DNA of 64,000 nucleotides. Origin: Minutocellus sp. GHC0000111 (taxonomy: Eukaryota). Made by a program: the position numbers and the translations under genes. The stretch's first letter is position 1. Each line of letters opens with the position of its first letter. A model generated the notes under the pieces. It was not told the DNA's origin, ran no database searches, and saw only the letters and a program-made list of their open reading frames with translations. The DNA lies in assembly GCA_977018835.1 (NCBI GenBank), contig OZ361256.1, positions 496,001 through 560,000 on the forward strand, in the 5' to 3' direction. Of this stretch, positions 45,379 to 57,865 are shown piece by piece.

Positions 45379-46776
45379 ATGGTGCTGCTTTCCAAGAAAA
45401 ATGTTGGTGCAACAGCTGACAACAGCACAAAACATTCTCCCACGATGCAACAATCAGACCCTTTTGAAGTGGGGGCGAACAGAATATATCATAGAAAAGA
45501 CTCCTATGCCGCTACATATGGTTCTCATGCAGCCGTCGTCTGCTCCACAGCGGCACCAGATGCGGACCGGCGTCCGTGCCAACGCATTCGTGCGAGATCT
45601 GCCAGTTACTCTGGACCACCAGCGTCTGGGTCTCCTTTCTTTTCAACATCTACCGATGCTATCCACAACAATCTAAGATCTTCTTCTTATAGCGGAGCAT
45701 TTGTAAGTACATGTAGCAGTTTGGCTCTGAGCTCCTTCTTTCACTGCACCACCAGCGGCCCTGGTGCTGTACCCCTGACGCCCTCAAATAGCACGATGCC
45801 ATCGTCTGGCAGTATTTCTTTGACCACGCCCTCCGACCCATCACGGGCAGCGTATCCCCAGTCAGGTAGTGAGACCATGAGGCATGCAGCTGCCAAGCGA
45901 CGTAAGAAGCAACTCGATGATACCTCTCTCGGTAGGCGACTTTTTGAGAAGGTCCCTCTCAGTCATGATGAAAGAATGAATTGGTCAAATCACGCGCTCC
46001 CCGCCTCGAGCATACACCATCTGACCCTGACCGATTCCGAAAGAAATGTCCTCGGAGAAGCCATTCGAGCAGAGCTAAAGGAGGACGAAAAGAGACCGAA
46101 CAAACATTTGCGTTTTGGGCACGTGTATATACGAGAGTATCAGATCATACTTGGTGATAATCCGTCGTGCCTGGGAGCGCCTCTGAGCATAGGTTGGGAA
46201 TGGTGGGTCCCTCCTGTTACTCGTGGATGTGCTGTTGGAGATGGTAGACACAACATTGGAGTTCGCAGCAGTCAAGGAACATCTTCTACATGTTCACCTT
46301 TGGCCGAGAGCAAGCATCAACAAGATTTTATGCAAAGCGATCGAGACTCTAAAGACATGGAAAACCATTGTGTAGAGAGGACAGTTGACGAATACGAAAA
46401 GCGCCGGGGGCTGCGTTTGCGGGGCAATCAGTTGAAACTTTCGCCTTTCGCTCGTGAAGCTTTGTTGAGACGGATAGGAGTGTCTCAAAGCGAGATAAAT
46501 GATGCCTCTCGAGCAAATTATTTCGCCCAAATTGAAAGGAGCAAAACGATTGAAGCCTTCTCGAGAGAGCACGGAAAAATGAGCATGTTTACCACTGGAT
46601 TGCAGGATATGTTTGGAGGGTTCGTAAAGATGTTTGGCCGACGGACAAACAATAGCAAAGGAGTGGGCGTGGGCAGAGGAAATGGAACTGGCCATGAGAA
46701 GGGAGTCACAGACATACGCCGCCTGAGGAGAACCTGGAGTGAACCCATCCTCGGTGGTGGCTCCGAAGCTCGATGA
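45379..46776 (+). CDS. Hypothetical protein with a diatom-type 'F..V.IREY...LGDNPSC..G.PLSIGW' domain
   Basis: Intact ORF with LRFGHVYIREYQIILGDNPSCLGAPLSIGWEW...TVDEYEKRR...REALLRRIGVSQSEI. Confidence 0.75.
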   Translation: MVLLSKKNVGATADNSTKHSPTMQQSDPFEVGANRIYHRKDSYAATYGSHAAVVCSTAAPDADRRPCQRIRARSASYSGPPASGSPFFSTSTDAIHNNLRSSSYSGAFVSTCSSLALSSFFHCTTSGPGAVPLTPSNSTMPSSGSISLTTPSDPSRAAYPQSGSETMRHAAAKRRKKQLDDTSLGRRLFEKVPLSHDERMNWSNHALPASSIHHLTLTDSERNVLGEAIRAELKEDEKRPNKHLRFGHVYIREYQIILGDNPSCLGAPLSIGWEWWVPPVTRGCAVGDGRHNIGVRSSQGTSSTCSPLAESKHQQDFMQSDRDSKDMENHCVERTVDEYEKRRGLRLRGNQLKLSPFAREALLRRIGVSQSEINDASRANYFAQIERSKTIEAFSREHGKMSMFTTGLQDMFGGFVKMFGRRTNNSKGVGVGRGNGTGHEKGVTDIRRLRRTWSEPILGGGSEAR

Positions 46777-47326
46777 GCGCTTGCCTGGGTACGACGTATA
46801 TGTAATGTACGTCGATCTAGAGCTATGGATGTTTGATCTAGTAGAGATACTTTGCAGGTAAACTTAGACACGAAACCTCAAGATTTTTCTATCTTGAGGG
46901 CCAGCAACCAATTCATTTTGGTAGATCTAGAGATCTATCTAAGTCAGTTTGCAAGGAAGCTGTACAAGAGATCACGACTGCATTTTGTTCAAAGCTCGAG
47001 AGGAGAGCCAGCTAGCTAGGGTCGCTGAGGAGGCAAAGAATCATTTTGAGACTGGCAGGTGCTCTGATAGTGACGGATTCTCGGCTCGTCATTCGAGTCG
47101 AGAACATGGTTACTACGAGCAGTTTAGAGGCTTCAGAAGTGGACCTGAACGGCGCTATGAGTAATTGTTTGCGGTTGCCTTTGCTGGTTCTACTTTCTTC
47201 ACTTCTCATTGACTGACTATGTCGATCCTATAAACGTCTACGTAGAAAATTGTCATGCATGTACCGGTAGATCTAGAGGTCTGGGCGAAGGACATCCTTA
47301 TTTGTTGGTCATGTCAGTAGTCCATG

Positions 47327-48875
47327 TTATCTGTAGAAATGACAGAGAAAATATACCCAAATCCGTGGAGATTTGTCAATGTCAATGTCGTGCGTTTTCT
47401 CCGTGATGTTTGTGCGTACGTCAACTTTGCCGCCGTAGGTCCCTCTACTGCCCTTGGCACCAAATATCTCAGGGGCCATGTAGGTGGACGTCCCAATGTT
47501 CATCGTCTCACCACCGGCATTACCCTCATACTCCTTGCTAAGGCCAAAGTCAATGACAACAGCGGTACCAGGATCCTCCTTGTCTTGGAGAGTGATGCTA
47601 GTAGCATCATGGTCGAAGGGTCGCAAAGAAAGGAAGGAAGGAAGGAAGTGTTAGATGGACGTAGATGGAAAATAACAATACCAGTGCTTCGATGGGGCTT
47701 ACTTGTCGGGTTTGAGATCGCGATGCAGCGTGTTCATGGCATCCATGTACTGGACAGCGGCAGCGAGTTGTTTCGCTACCTTCGGAAGTTGCTCAATGCG
47801 GGTCTCTAGGCTCGTGGTATCAATGTAATCCCTAAGAGTTCCGCCTTCGATGTATTCCTGCGCGATGAAAGGGAGGGCGGGGTCAAAACTATACGAATAC
47901 AAAGCAGGGAAAAGACGGCTGACAGAGAACTTCTTCATCACGATGATTTCATTGCATGCCATATTGAACCATTTGCCCTGATCCATTTGCTTATCAGTCC
48001 GAAAGATCTTGATCGCAATTTTGGCTGGGGTGCCAGGTGGGGCATCTGCCTTTGCCACGGCTGGAAAGAATTGGCCAAAGCCTCCTCCTTTCGCAAGTTT
48101 GTGTTCAGTCTGGAGGTTGAAGACGTCACAAAGCAAAATAAAGGGTATCATCCCCGACACGACCGTCCCAAACACCTCCCTCAGATGGTCAGCGACAGTA
48201 TCATCTATCTCGTCCGCACAACTGAACAAAGCAGCGAGCTGGAGGCAAATAAATCGGGACTCGAACTTGGGAAGTTTGGGAAGTTGAAATTCGGACACAG
48301 AAAATGAAAACGAACGAACTGCATTGCTCATTCTCGGGGTCTTGATCTCACGCCCCTCGGCCTCCTTGGCGGCTTTCCCGGAAGCTTGCTTGAACATGCC
48401 ATCGATATTTTCGACAATAGAGTCAAATTGTCCAAGATGTTCTTCGGGTAGATACTGACGAATTTTGTCGGCGTTATCCTGGACATGAAAGAGCATTTGG
48501 GGAACATCTTTGTTGGTGCTTGGGTTACTAGTAGACTCAATCTCGATTGCTTTGTCCTGTATGTATAACCAATTGATGGCAGTGGCAAAGATACCTTTGT
48601 GGGATTCCTTCGGGGCGCTTCTCAGACAATTCAGCCAGTGCTTTTTGCCACTTGAGATCCACTTGTTTCCATTTTTTTATTTCATACTTCTCCAACTTGA
48701 GAATGGCGATGCGGGCGGATGAGATCCTTGAAGCGCTGGCCGCATCAAGGGTGTTGTTGAAAAAGAAATCAAATCGACTTGTGGGTGAGTTGGCGTCAAG
48801 GATGGTAAAAATTGTCGATATCGGCATTGAACTGGAAGGATTAAAAATAAACATACTCGATGATGTCCAATGCAC
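47327..48875 (-). pseudogene. Ser/Thr protein kinase, multi-exon; ends uncertain and probably disrupted
   Basis: LAKGGGFG, IAIK, EYIEGGTL and HRDLKPD|NI across an intron (~47702-47598), then IDFGLSK and GTSTYMAPE. No clean subdomain X-XI exon found, and the 5' ORFs are out of frame. Confidence 0.7.
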
Positions 48876-50082
48876 GATGGGAGTAGTGGAGACGCCCGAT
48901 AATTCCCCTTCGGCTCAAAATCGCATCGATCGGGATTGACGTCCAACCTTGCATGTAGAAAGTAGCCGACGACGAGGACAAATCGACATCGATCCGACAA
49001 AAGGCCGCACGAGGAGAGGGCAGGAATACGAAAAGGTGCTTACCGTTTGGTTCGAAGATTGCAATAACTAAACTGCGTTGGGGAGTCTGAACTTTGGACT
49101 TGCCGAGGTTCGACTGTACTGAACGGTCGGCTCGAGCGGTGAGCGAGACGAGACAACTGCGAGTTGGAGTGAATGCAAATAAATGATGAGGAAGGAAGGA
49201 TGGAATCGAGTGGTGTGAGATTATGAGTATACATGATAAATGGCCACCATTTGCCGCCGTCCGTCACTACCATCGCCACGGTGGCCACCACCAATACCAT
49301 TTTCATCGTCGTCATTGGTTCGGTCCGAACCGTCCAAACCAATGGCCGAGCTACTAGTCATCATCTTGCAATGCAAAGATTTGGAATTCCGACCCGAGAT
49401 GACATCACCGATCGCCACAATCAATGGATAGTCATCATCAACACCGCCGCCATCGACTCACTACCATCCCCTGCTTTGATCTCCGACCTCTGACCCCCGA
49501 CCTCCAACCTCTCACGTCCGTCCAACAAATAAATGATAAAGCAACATTCCATCACCTATAATAATGTACAGATCCCAGCCCACACTCGAGGGGTACCATC
49601 CGTTGCCGCCATCGTTACCGACAACATCACCACCCGTCATGGCTAACAGTGGCAGACACGACCACACGGACCATACGGACGAACGGACGGGACCAAAGGC
49701 TGAGGGTCACCGCCTCGACCGGCTGGACTTGGAACCGCCATGACCGTTGCCTGCCTGCTCCCCCACCCCCGGCCACCGCCCGGCCCGGCCGACCATCCCG
49801 CTACAAAATGCCGACCTATGACGTACCGGCACCGATAAAAATTGGCGAAAAAGGAAACGAACTCACCTCCTCCGATAAGTAAGTGTCCACGACGGGGGAA
49901 TTTTTTGTTATGGAGTGACCGGTTCGTCGGTTGGTAGGCAGCCGTTGCAAGAGCGACGTCGGCACTTCAGACAGGCGTTCTTGCCGATCAATACCACACA
50001 ACAGTAAAGGGGTGGCGTACGTAACGACAAGCCGGAGTGGGCGCGAATGGTGGGGTATTCGGCACCTCCGGCGGTGGAACTT

Positions 50083-50145
50083 GTGGAGCTGGAGCTGGCG
50101 CTGGAGACTGGAGCTGGAGCTGGCGCTGGAGACTGGAGCTGGCGC
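50083..50145 (+). repeat. Short tandem repeat (25-bp unit built from CTGGAG/CTGGCG)
   Basis: CTGGAGCTGGAGCTGGCGCTGGAGA repeated about 2.5 times. Confidence 0.8.
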
Positions 50146-52339
50146 TCTGCTGGCCTCCGATATTGGACCCGATCGACTCAATAAACCGCAGTCCTTCATG
50201 AATTCTCCGCCATCCAAATCGACCGATGACATCCCAAGCGTTGCTCTCGCCAAGCGTTGCTCTCGCATGGCCGGTCTCCGGTCTCGCTACCCCTATCCAC
50301 GCACCAGTACATGCACCAGTACATATCGCCCTACCCATGGCATGGCTCTCTCCGCCTCGGTACATGCTGCAGTCCGTGGATGTCCACTCCCGTTCGCGTC
50401 GCGTCGTCCGATCACTCCTGCGGGCGATCGATGCCAAAGAGTTGCAAACGAAGACGTCATGATGTATATGTAGGTCCACCGCCGTAATGTTGCCAAAGCC
50501 CCATTATTCAAAGGCATGCAGTCCTCGTCGGGATAGGCGGACGAAGATAGATAGATAATTCGACCGACGGTAGTAGCGCATGTGTGATGTGTGCATGTAC
50601 GCATTCTCTCTGCAGTTCTCTCCGCACACTGGAGAGACGAGCGGCTGCCGCTGCTGACGATAACGGCAGAGGCGCCCATCGCACATAGCACCCGTCGTCA
50701 TCGCATCACTGATCAACGATACGAGGAAAGGCAATGATGGGCTGTGGACATAGTTGGGGACGAATGAGCGGCAAATCAATATCGTGCGGACCAAGGAGTG
50801 ATGAGATGCGCTGCATGTTCCATTTGTGACAACGCAATGGTGTGGGTGCGGTCCCATGGCAGATCACCGCGAGAAGGACATCACGTCGATCCAAGCTGCC
50901 AATTGTCAAATGACTTGCTCGGCATGGGGTTGGGCCGAGACAGACGGATGACACACGGAGATCAAGGAAATGGAAGCCTGCATGCCACGTAGGAGGAGGA
51001 AGAACACCGTGGGCAGAGATGGCGGCGACGAGCGACACAATGGTCTTGCTGTTGATAACAATGATGGAACGACGATGGTGAATATATATGGCCGAAAGAC
51101 CAAACGAAGCCGAAGGCCGCATTGGTCCTACCCGCACATGATCCTTGAGCCAGCCGGAGGTGGGATGCCATTCAACAAGGATGTTCCCAACGACCGAAAC
51201 ATTTGTGCGTGATTGGATCGTCCCCACGAGCACGGGGAATTCCACTGCAATATCGGAGAAGAAAATTGCACTTTTTGACTCTTTGTGGCGAGCAGTGGTG
51301 ACGGCTTGGCCAAGAATGAGATGGCGCCTCTCCCCACCATAGCTAGCCACACCGCATACGAAGGCGCTGTAATGAGCACCTATTCTCGTGCTTGAGGAGA
51401 CCAATTGCCCATGGTGAGATGGCGGACGATTCTTTGTCAAGTTTTTTTTTCTACGATGATTTGTTCGTCAAAACGATGCTCCCACGGCCACTCCATCTCA
51501 TGTTCATTTGCATTCTCATCGCTTTTTTCGGTACTTTGGCCTCTCGGTCTGTCCGAGATCTTTCGCGGGTGCGGGAGATTTTCAGCAGTTGAAGCAGTCG
51601 GACAAGTCTGTTGGCTGTCGTCAGTGCAAACTGAGTGCAAAAACCCACTCTGGGCGATGTGGAGGGCTCTACATGTAATGTACCGGTCGGTAGTATCGAG
51701 AAGCCAAAGACATGGCCATACCCAAGGCGACGCTCTATGCAGACCGGCACATGTGCCGGTACATGTATAATGTATGTGCGCACGTAGATCTACCGGTAGA
51801 TCTACACGCAGATCTAGATCTACGTAGAATCTACCGGTCGTCCGGTACAACATGTACCTGTCTTGCAAAAACAGATTTTTTACTGATATCATTATTTTTA
51901 CAATCAATCATCACCTACTAGCTACGTAGTACTTTTGGCTACACTCACGCTGAATGATTGCATCGATGATGAAGCGGCAGAGAATCGGAATCCAATTTTT
52001 ACGATGAGCGCGCTGCTTTCCTTGTCTCTTGCCAGATACATTGTAGTATAGATCTAGCTCAGATCATAGCCCACCTTACATGTTCGATCCCTTCTTGTGA
52101 TATGATTTATTCCTTAACCGAGATTCGATTGGATCACTTCGGCGCTTGCTCAATTCTTATTGGCCCCAAAGAGCGGTAGCATGTATTAACCCTCCCCAAG
52201 AAGGCTGTAGGTACGTAGCCAAGTGCTAGATACTAGTCTGGTCAACTTCCAGCCCAGTCCAAGACGACACACATCGAATGTTCGGTCGATCAAAATGTAT
52301 CAGCTTACAAGTTTCGGGGCCCGGCAACTCAATCTCTAT

Positions 52340-52425
52340 GATTTCTATCCCCGCGGACTTTGTCCTGAAGGTGTCTTCCTCACTCTTCTTGCTGAGTCCA
52401 AAGTCGATAAGAACTGCACTCCCAA
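52340..52425 (-). pseudogene. Possible protein kinase fragment (DFG region)
   Basis: AVLIDFGLSKK resembles AVVIDFGLSKE of the 47.5-kb kinase. No other subdomains recognised. Confidence 0.35.
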
Positions 52426-53555
52426 ACCACCAGCAACCATTTGCCCCAACGCCAGCTCCTCGGAGAAGGATACTGCCAGCAAAACGAAAGAAGCAGTGCA
52501 TGAGGAGGAAGAGTTGGTTTGCGAATGTGTCTTTTAAAGAGAGCGATCTCGTGTATGCAAAGAGATTTCGTCTTCAAACGTCGCGTCGTTTTGCTGTGCG
52601 GTATGTTCCTCGGGATTCACGAACGAGGCCATCAGAGGGCTGACCCTTCCAGTTCGGCCTTGTAGAGCTGGCCCTCCTCGACAAGGTGACGAAAATCGGT
52701 GAAGGGGACGGCATATGTCTCGGTCGTATTGTCCTTTGAATCGGCGAGAAGCTCCTCGTACTTCTTCTCGTCCAACATACCGGGCGACAAACTGGCATAC
52801 GAGCTCGTACGGTAGCCAATGAACCGGGTGCTCTCCTACTATACCTTCCGTACCATTGTGTGTGGCTTTGACTTCGGCAATCACACCGCCATCGGCGTCA
52901 GCACTAATACCACCAGCCCTGCCGCTGTTGCCGGCCGCAGGGGCGTCACGGGGCGAGTTCGAATAATTCTTGCTGGGACAACATGGTCGGGCCGGTACTT
53001 TTGTGGCTTGTGGCAAGCAAATGCAAATTATCGTCTGGCCGCCTCCCTTTCCTTCGTTCGCGCGCTGTGCCTCTCATTCTTTTTGCCCAGCTGCTGCCCA
53101 GCACGCTGCTGCGCTGCTGCTGCCGTGCCCGGCCCACGGCCTCGCCGCCCGTCGCTCTGCGCCGCTGCTGACCGGCTGCGACGCAGTTCGGGCTGCCGCT
53201 GTACGCCGTAACGCCATGGCATTACTGCTGAACGAGGCCATGCCCGCCTATCACAACGCCGTGGCCGATGCCGTCTTACCGCAAGCCAAGAATACGGAAC
53301 AATTGCGTCAGTCCAGCCGTCAGCCGCAATGTTACCGAATTCCCGGTATGTCGCCGCCAGCATGGCCGAGACGCTCGCCGAGGTGTTAATGACATCGCCA
53401 GGTCTACTGACGGCTAGATTTTGCCAGTCTAAAGTTGCGCATCTTCTGGCGCATTAAGGGCACCATGCTAGAATGCTATTACATCCCGTGGCGAGGTGGA
53501 GATGCTGTGTCCCGATGGTGGCAGTTCAGCAAAGGAACTGGTGGTTGCGAAACCA

Positions 53556-53640
53556 TTTCTTTTATCTGGTCATCACGACAACGTCGGCGGTGGGCTATGG
53601 GGACATTTCCCCTGTAACTCTACTCGAGACCATCACTCTT
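53556..53640 (+). pseudogene. Potassium-channel pore-loop fragment
   Basis: FFYLVITTTSAVGYGDISPVT matches the pore helix plus GYGD selectivity filter. No flanking transmembrane helices in frame. Confidence 0.65.
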
Positions 53641-53744
53641 CGGCCTTTGGTCGTTCCGTCAAGGGGTAACCCGGACTTGATCCGCGGTACCACCATGGCG
53701 GCCCTGGTGAACGAAACTCCTTGCCAGGAGTAGCCGACTCATCA

Positions 53745-54376
53745 AAGAAGACCAGGTATATCCGGCCGCCGACTCCGTGGGAACCACCTCGATGGCATGG
53801 GGAAAGGCAGCAATCATGTTGTACATGGTAGGTTCAGCACCATCGGCCTCGACGACAAAGCCCTTGTCCCAGTTGGCCACGTTGACGTTGTTCTCGGGGT
53901 CCCAGTCGGAATCGCCCAGACAGCGCTTGAGGGTCTTGACCTCGGCGGGAGTGAGGTCACCATCGGGGCCAGTCAGATACCCGAGCGATCCAGGACGGAC
54001 ATCGACATTCCAGGAAGCATCGGCATCGCTGGAATCGGCCAGAACCTTGACGGTAAGGCCCTCGCAGCGGGTGGGGAAGTAGTCCTTGGCCTCGCCGTTA
54101 ACGGTGGTGGCAACGCCCATGGTAATCTCGCCGTGGCCAAAGGGATGGCCGGTACTGGCGTCGATAATGGTGGAACGCTTGCCGTCCAGATGCTCGAGGA
54201 TCCCAATCTCCTTGAGGAGACCAGGATTGCCGAGGAACTTGAGCTCGTACTCGATGTCATGGTTGGTATCCACAACAGTCTGGGCGCACTCAATGTCGGG
54301 GACGACGCCGTTGGGCAGAGCCTTCAAGGCGGCAACGACGTAGTCGCAATGGTCGACGCCATCAATCACACCGGTG
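53745..54376 (-). pseudogene. Internal fragment of a SIG1/tubular mastigoneme-like protein
   Basis: ALKALPNGVV, LKFLGNPGLLK, LDGKRST, DYFPTRCEG, LKRCLGDSD...NNVNVANWDKG and FPHAI. Strong codon bias. Preceded by an intron-like segment (~54477-54377). Both ends of the protein are missing. Confidence 0.65.
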
Positions 54377-55174
54377 CTGTCGATACAACAATTGGCTGGT
54401 TGGAAGGAAGGAAATGGACCAGCGGTGCGTGGCAAGAATGAGGGCAACTGCACCGCACGTACCGAGTACGTACTTACGCACATCGTACGTACAGCGACTC
54501 ACTCGACTCACAATGGCTTGACGTCAGGCACGTCTTGTGTTGTAATCTCAAAGATGTCCGACCGATAGCGCCGATTCTTCCCGTACCTTTATTGATCGCA
54601 TGATTGCTGTTGGGTGGTGCCACGTTGCTGATTGCTAAAACGACATTTGATTTTCTCGTTTCGCGAGGCTTCCCCTCAAGAAATCGAATTGTGTCGTTTT
54701 GGATGAGAAGATTGAGCCTGCCTTGAAGGAATTGAATGCTTAGATCTCTGCCGACTAGCTAGTTACTGGTAACTGCTGCGAAGTAGTTGCTGTCAATCTC
54801 TACATGCCAGTTCTAACGCTGTTGGCACCTTTCCGTGGAACTACACCTTTCCGTGGACCACCATTATCTGAATATTGTAACAATGGCATTGCTTTGCGGA
54901 TGCCAACTTGAATACCTAGATCTCAATAGTTTGTGATGCGATGTGTGGTTGCGTGATCTATACTAATTAAAATACACACTGTATCGGTGCAACGATATTG
55001 AGTCATTACTGAACTTGTAGGAAAGTCTGAAAGAGTACCAATGTAGGCCTGTCATTTACCACGCTGGCTGCGGCGCTACGCTGGTCTACCAACCATCAAA
55101 CAAACCTTTGCCAATCTCGTCTTCCTTTGGCGGGTCTGTTGACACACCAGCATCTCCCTCTACTGCGCCACCAT

Positions 55175-55600
55175 CTACCTAGGTACACCATCACCACTAG
55201 ATCCATCTTCCCTGCTCATTGCACTGGCAGTATCACTTCCGCTCTCCACTTTCTTCTCCACCATGGGCGGGAGTTCCAATCCTCTCTCCTTGGCAGTTTC
55301 CATGGCCGCCTTGGCCCTATCACCCCGTTCCTGCGCTCGAATTCGTTCCAAGTCTCCGGCCGCGATGGCCATCTCTCCACCGACTCCGCCCAAGGCCGCA
55401 ACTCCACGCATAACCTCCACCTTGACCTGGCCTTCATCGCAAGACTTTTGAGGAGCAAGCTGAAGGCCGACCGGACCCAGTCGACCGGTGTGGAAGTCCT
55501 GCAATATTTTCCTCGCGGCGTCTTCCGGACTGCCGCGGCATTTGGCATCGGCAACGCGGAACATCATGTCCTCACCGGTCAGAAGACGATCTTCGGCAGC
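55175..55600 (-). pseudogene. C-terminal fragment of an RbgA/YlqF/Mtg1-family ribosome-biogenesis GTPase
   Basis: GEDMMFRVADAKCRGSPEDAARKILQDFHTGRLGPVGLQ. No G motifs upstream. Confidence 0.6.
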
Positions 55601-57865
55601 ATCGTCCAGACATGACACATGCCTCTTTTCTTCACCACATGGCAATTTCAAACGCCCTCACACATGCAGCTATCTGATGTAACCGATAGATGAACCAAAA
55701 GAGTCTCGGCATTGATGTCATCGGTACTGATAGGTCCAATTTGGAGGCAAAATCCAATATCCACCAGCACAAAATTTTACCGCATCGACGTGCATCAACG
55801 AAATTGGTGTCCTTCTCCATAATAGATTGCTTTGTTACCACCACATACATCCATATGATGAATCCAAAGAGTAAAATCGGCAGTTGGGTTGATTTTCAAG
55901 ACAACGAACCACCTCCACCCCCCACTGGTACAACCCCTCCAGACCCCTCCCCGTAGAGGACCATTGGCGAGGAACAGGGGCACCAGAACATGTCGTGGAG
56001 GCCTATCCAACGAGCCGAAACCATTCCTATATATACCAACGGGCAAATGAGACTCTACGAAAGGTAACCACGACGGCACATCACCTCATTCTCCACGATC
56101 CAGCTCCTGGTAGCACACTTCATGAAATTCGATATCGAGTCATGTTCGTGGAGAGCAAATGTGCAGGAAGTGCAGAGGTCGGGCCGACTCGACGGGCAAG
56201 AAATGGCATCTATGCATGTCAATGACCATGTGTGCCCATCCAGTCGCTCTTCACTGGTGATTCAACCGTCTCAAATCACCATCGTCCACCACCGGGTGGG
56301 GACCGTCGAAATCGAAGATGTCTGATGAGAAGAACTTCCCGTTTTAGATTTCGCAAAAGACATGCGAAGAAATATCTAAATTCTAAAATAGCGAGTCGAG
56401 ACTGGTAATCCAAAGGGCCCAAACGCTTCTTTCAGCCTTCAACTAACATATCAGAGCGTTTGGTCGGTCTCCACGCGGGTGGAAGCTGGCGCTTTTCCAC
56501 AGGCGGCAGCGGCAGATCGCCGTCATTTTTTGCTGCCGAAATGTGGAAATGACGAAATGACCGAAAAGAAACCCGGAGCTGAAAAGGATCATCGGCATCC
56601 TCCGAGCCGTAGCCTTCACAACAACCGAATTGCATTGCTTGGTACCACTCCCATCAGCAGCATCGTTCCAAGTCAAATCAACTCCTCCGCCCCCCCCCCA
56701 AACAAAAGCAAAGCAGGTGAGTCTCTTTTCTTTGTCGGACCTTCGCTCGTTTCCACGTGGGTCGGTGACTCCCATCGTTGGCGCTGTGAGTGTCGGCGCA
56801 CCCAAGGGGCGCACCTCCCGTCTCGGCGTTTGATCTTTTTTGGCCAGGCGGACCCTTCGAGCATATCTCGTGGCACCTCTCTCCTCCTGGCGGTCCTGTT
56901 TTACACGAGGGATGACGATCCGTCTTGGCCGGGCCGTGTTCCGGGCCTCGTCCCACGGTCGTAATCTTCGTGATCGGCCGATCGGCCGGCCGGCCGCCGA
57001 TTGACGGAAAAGGCAACCTGGTTGTTCTGGCCGTCCTCGTCGTAATTATCATCCGCGGACGACCCCCCCATCATCATCACCCCGAGCTCGACGCCTTCTA
57101 CCATACTATCGTCGTCGTCTTTGTAGCGGCCATCGCCGCCTTCACGACCGATCTATGAAGAGTCCGTCCTATCCTACTCTAGTACGAGCGGCATCATCCT
57201 CCAGTCCGCGACGAGTGAGTCGACGATCGTCGAGCCGGCCGACCAACTCAACTCGGCACTGGCCTTGCTTGGCCCGGATCGGCGGCCATCTGCCCTTCGA
57301 CGAGCCCATTCGCCATCCGAGGAGGAGTTCTCTGCCCACCGTACGCGCAATCATCCGCCCTCTGTATGTACAATCGTCTCGGCCGTCCCACGTCCGTCAA
57401 GTGCCAATGCCGAGAGGGGGGGAGAGGGCGGATGGAGGAGGACTGCCGGCCACTGCCATATATAGCAACCATCATCGCCGCCATGTCGTCAATTCAGCAT
57501 CTCATATCGCTACCTTGTGCCAAATCAAAAGGTTCTGGAATTGGAGGCGAGGGAGTGGCCATCCAAGCAATCGATCGGTGTGTTGGATCGTCAGTTGACC
57601 CGTACGACCGATGGAGGTGAATAAATATATCAAATGGGTATGCATGTTTGGGCAATATTACTACATAGGTTCAGATGAGAGATGGGATGCGATACGGAGC
57701 AGGGGCTGTTAAGATGGGTGCCGTCTGCCTTTTCTCCAATATCAATGCCTTCTCACGTCTCACCACGCATGTGTTCCATTCCAACTCCACTCCAAATCCG
57801 ACCAACTTTGCCTTTAGGGTAGATTCATTGCCGTAGTACCGAACCCACCTCCCAAATCAGTTAAG

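Noticed and set aside
49040..52200. Many short ORFs
   Set aside because: No motif or consistent exon structure recognised. They may include more gene fragments that I cannot support.
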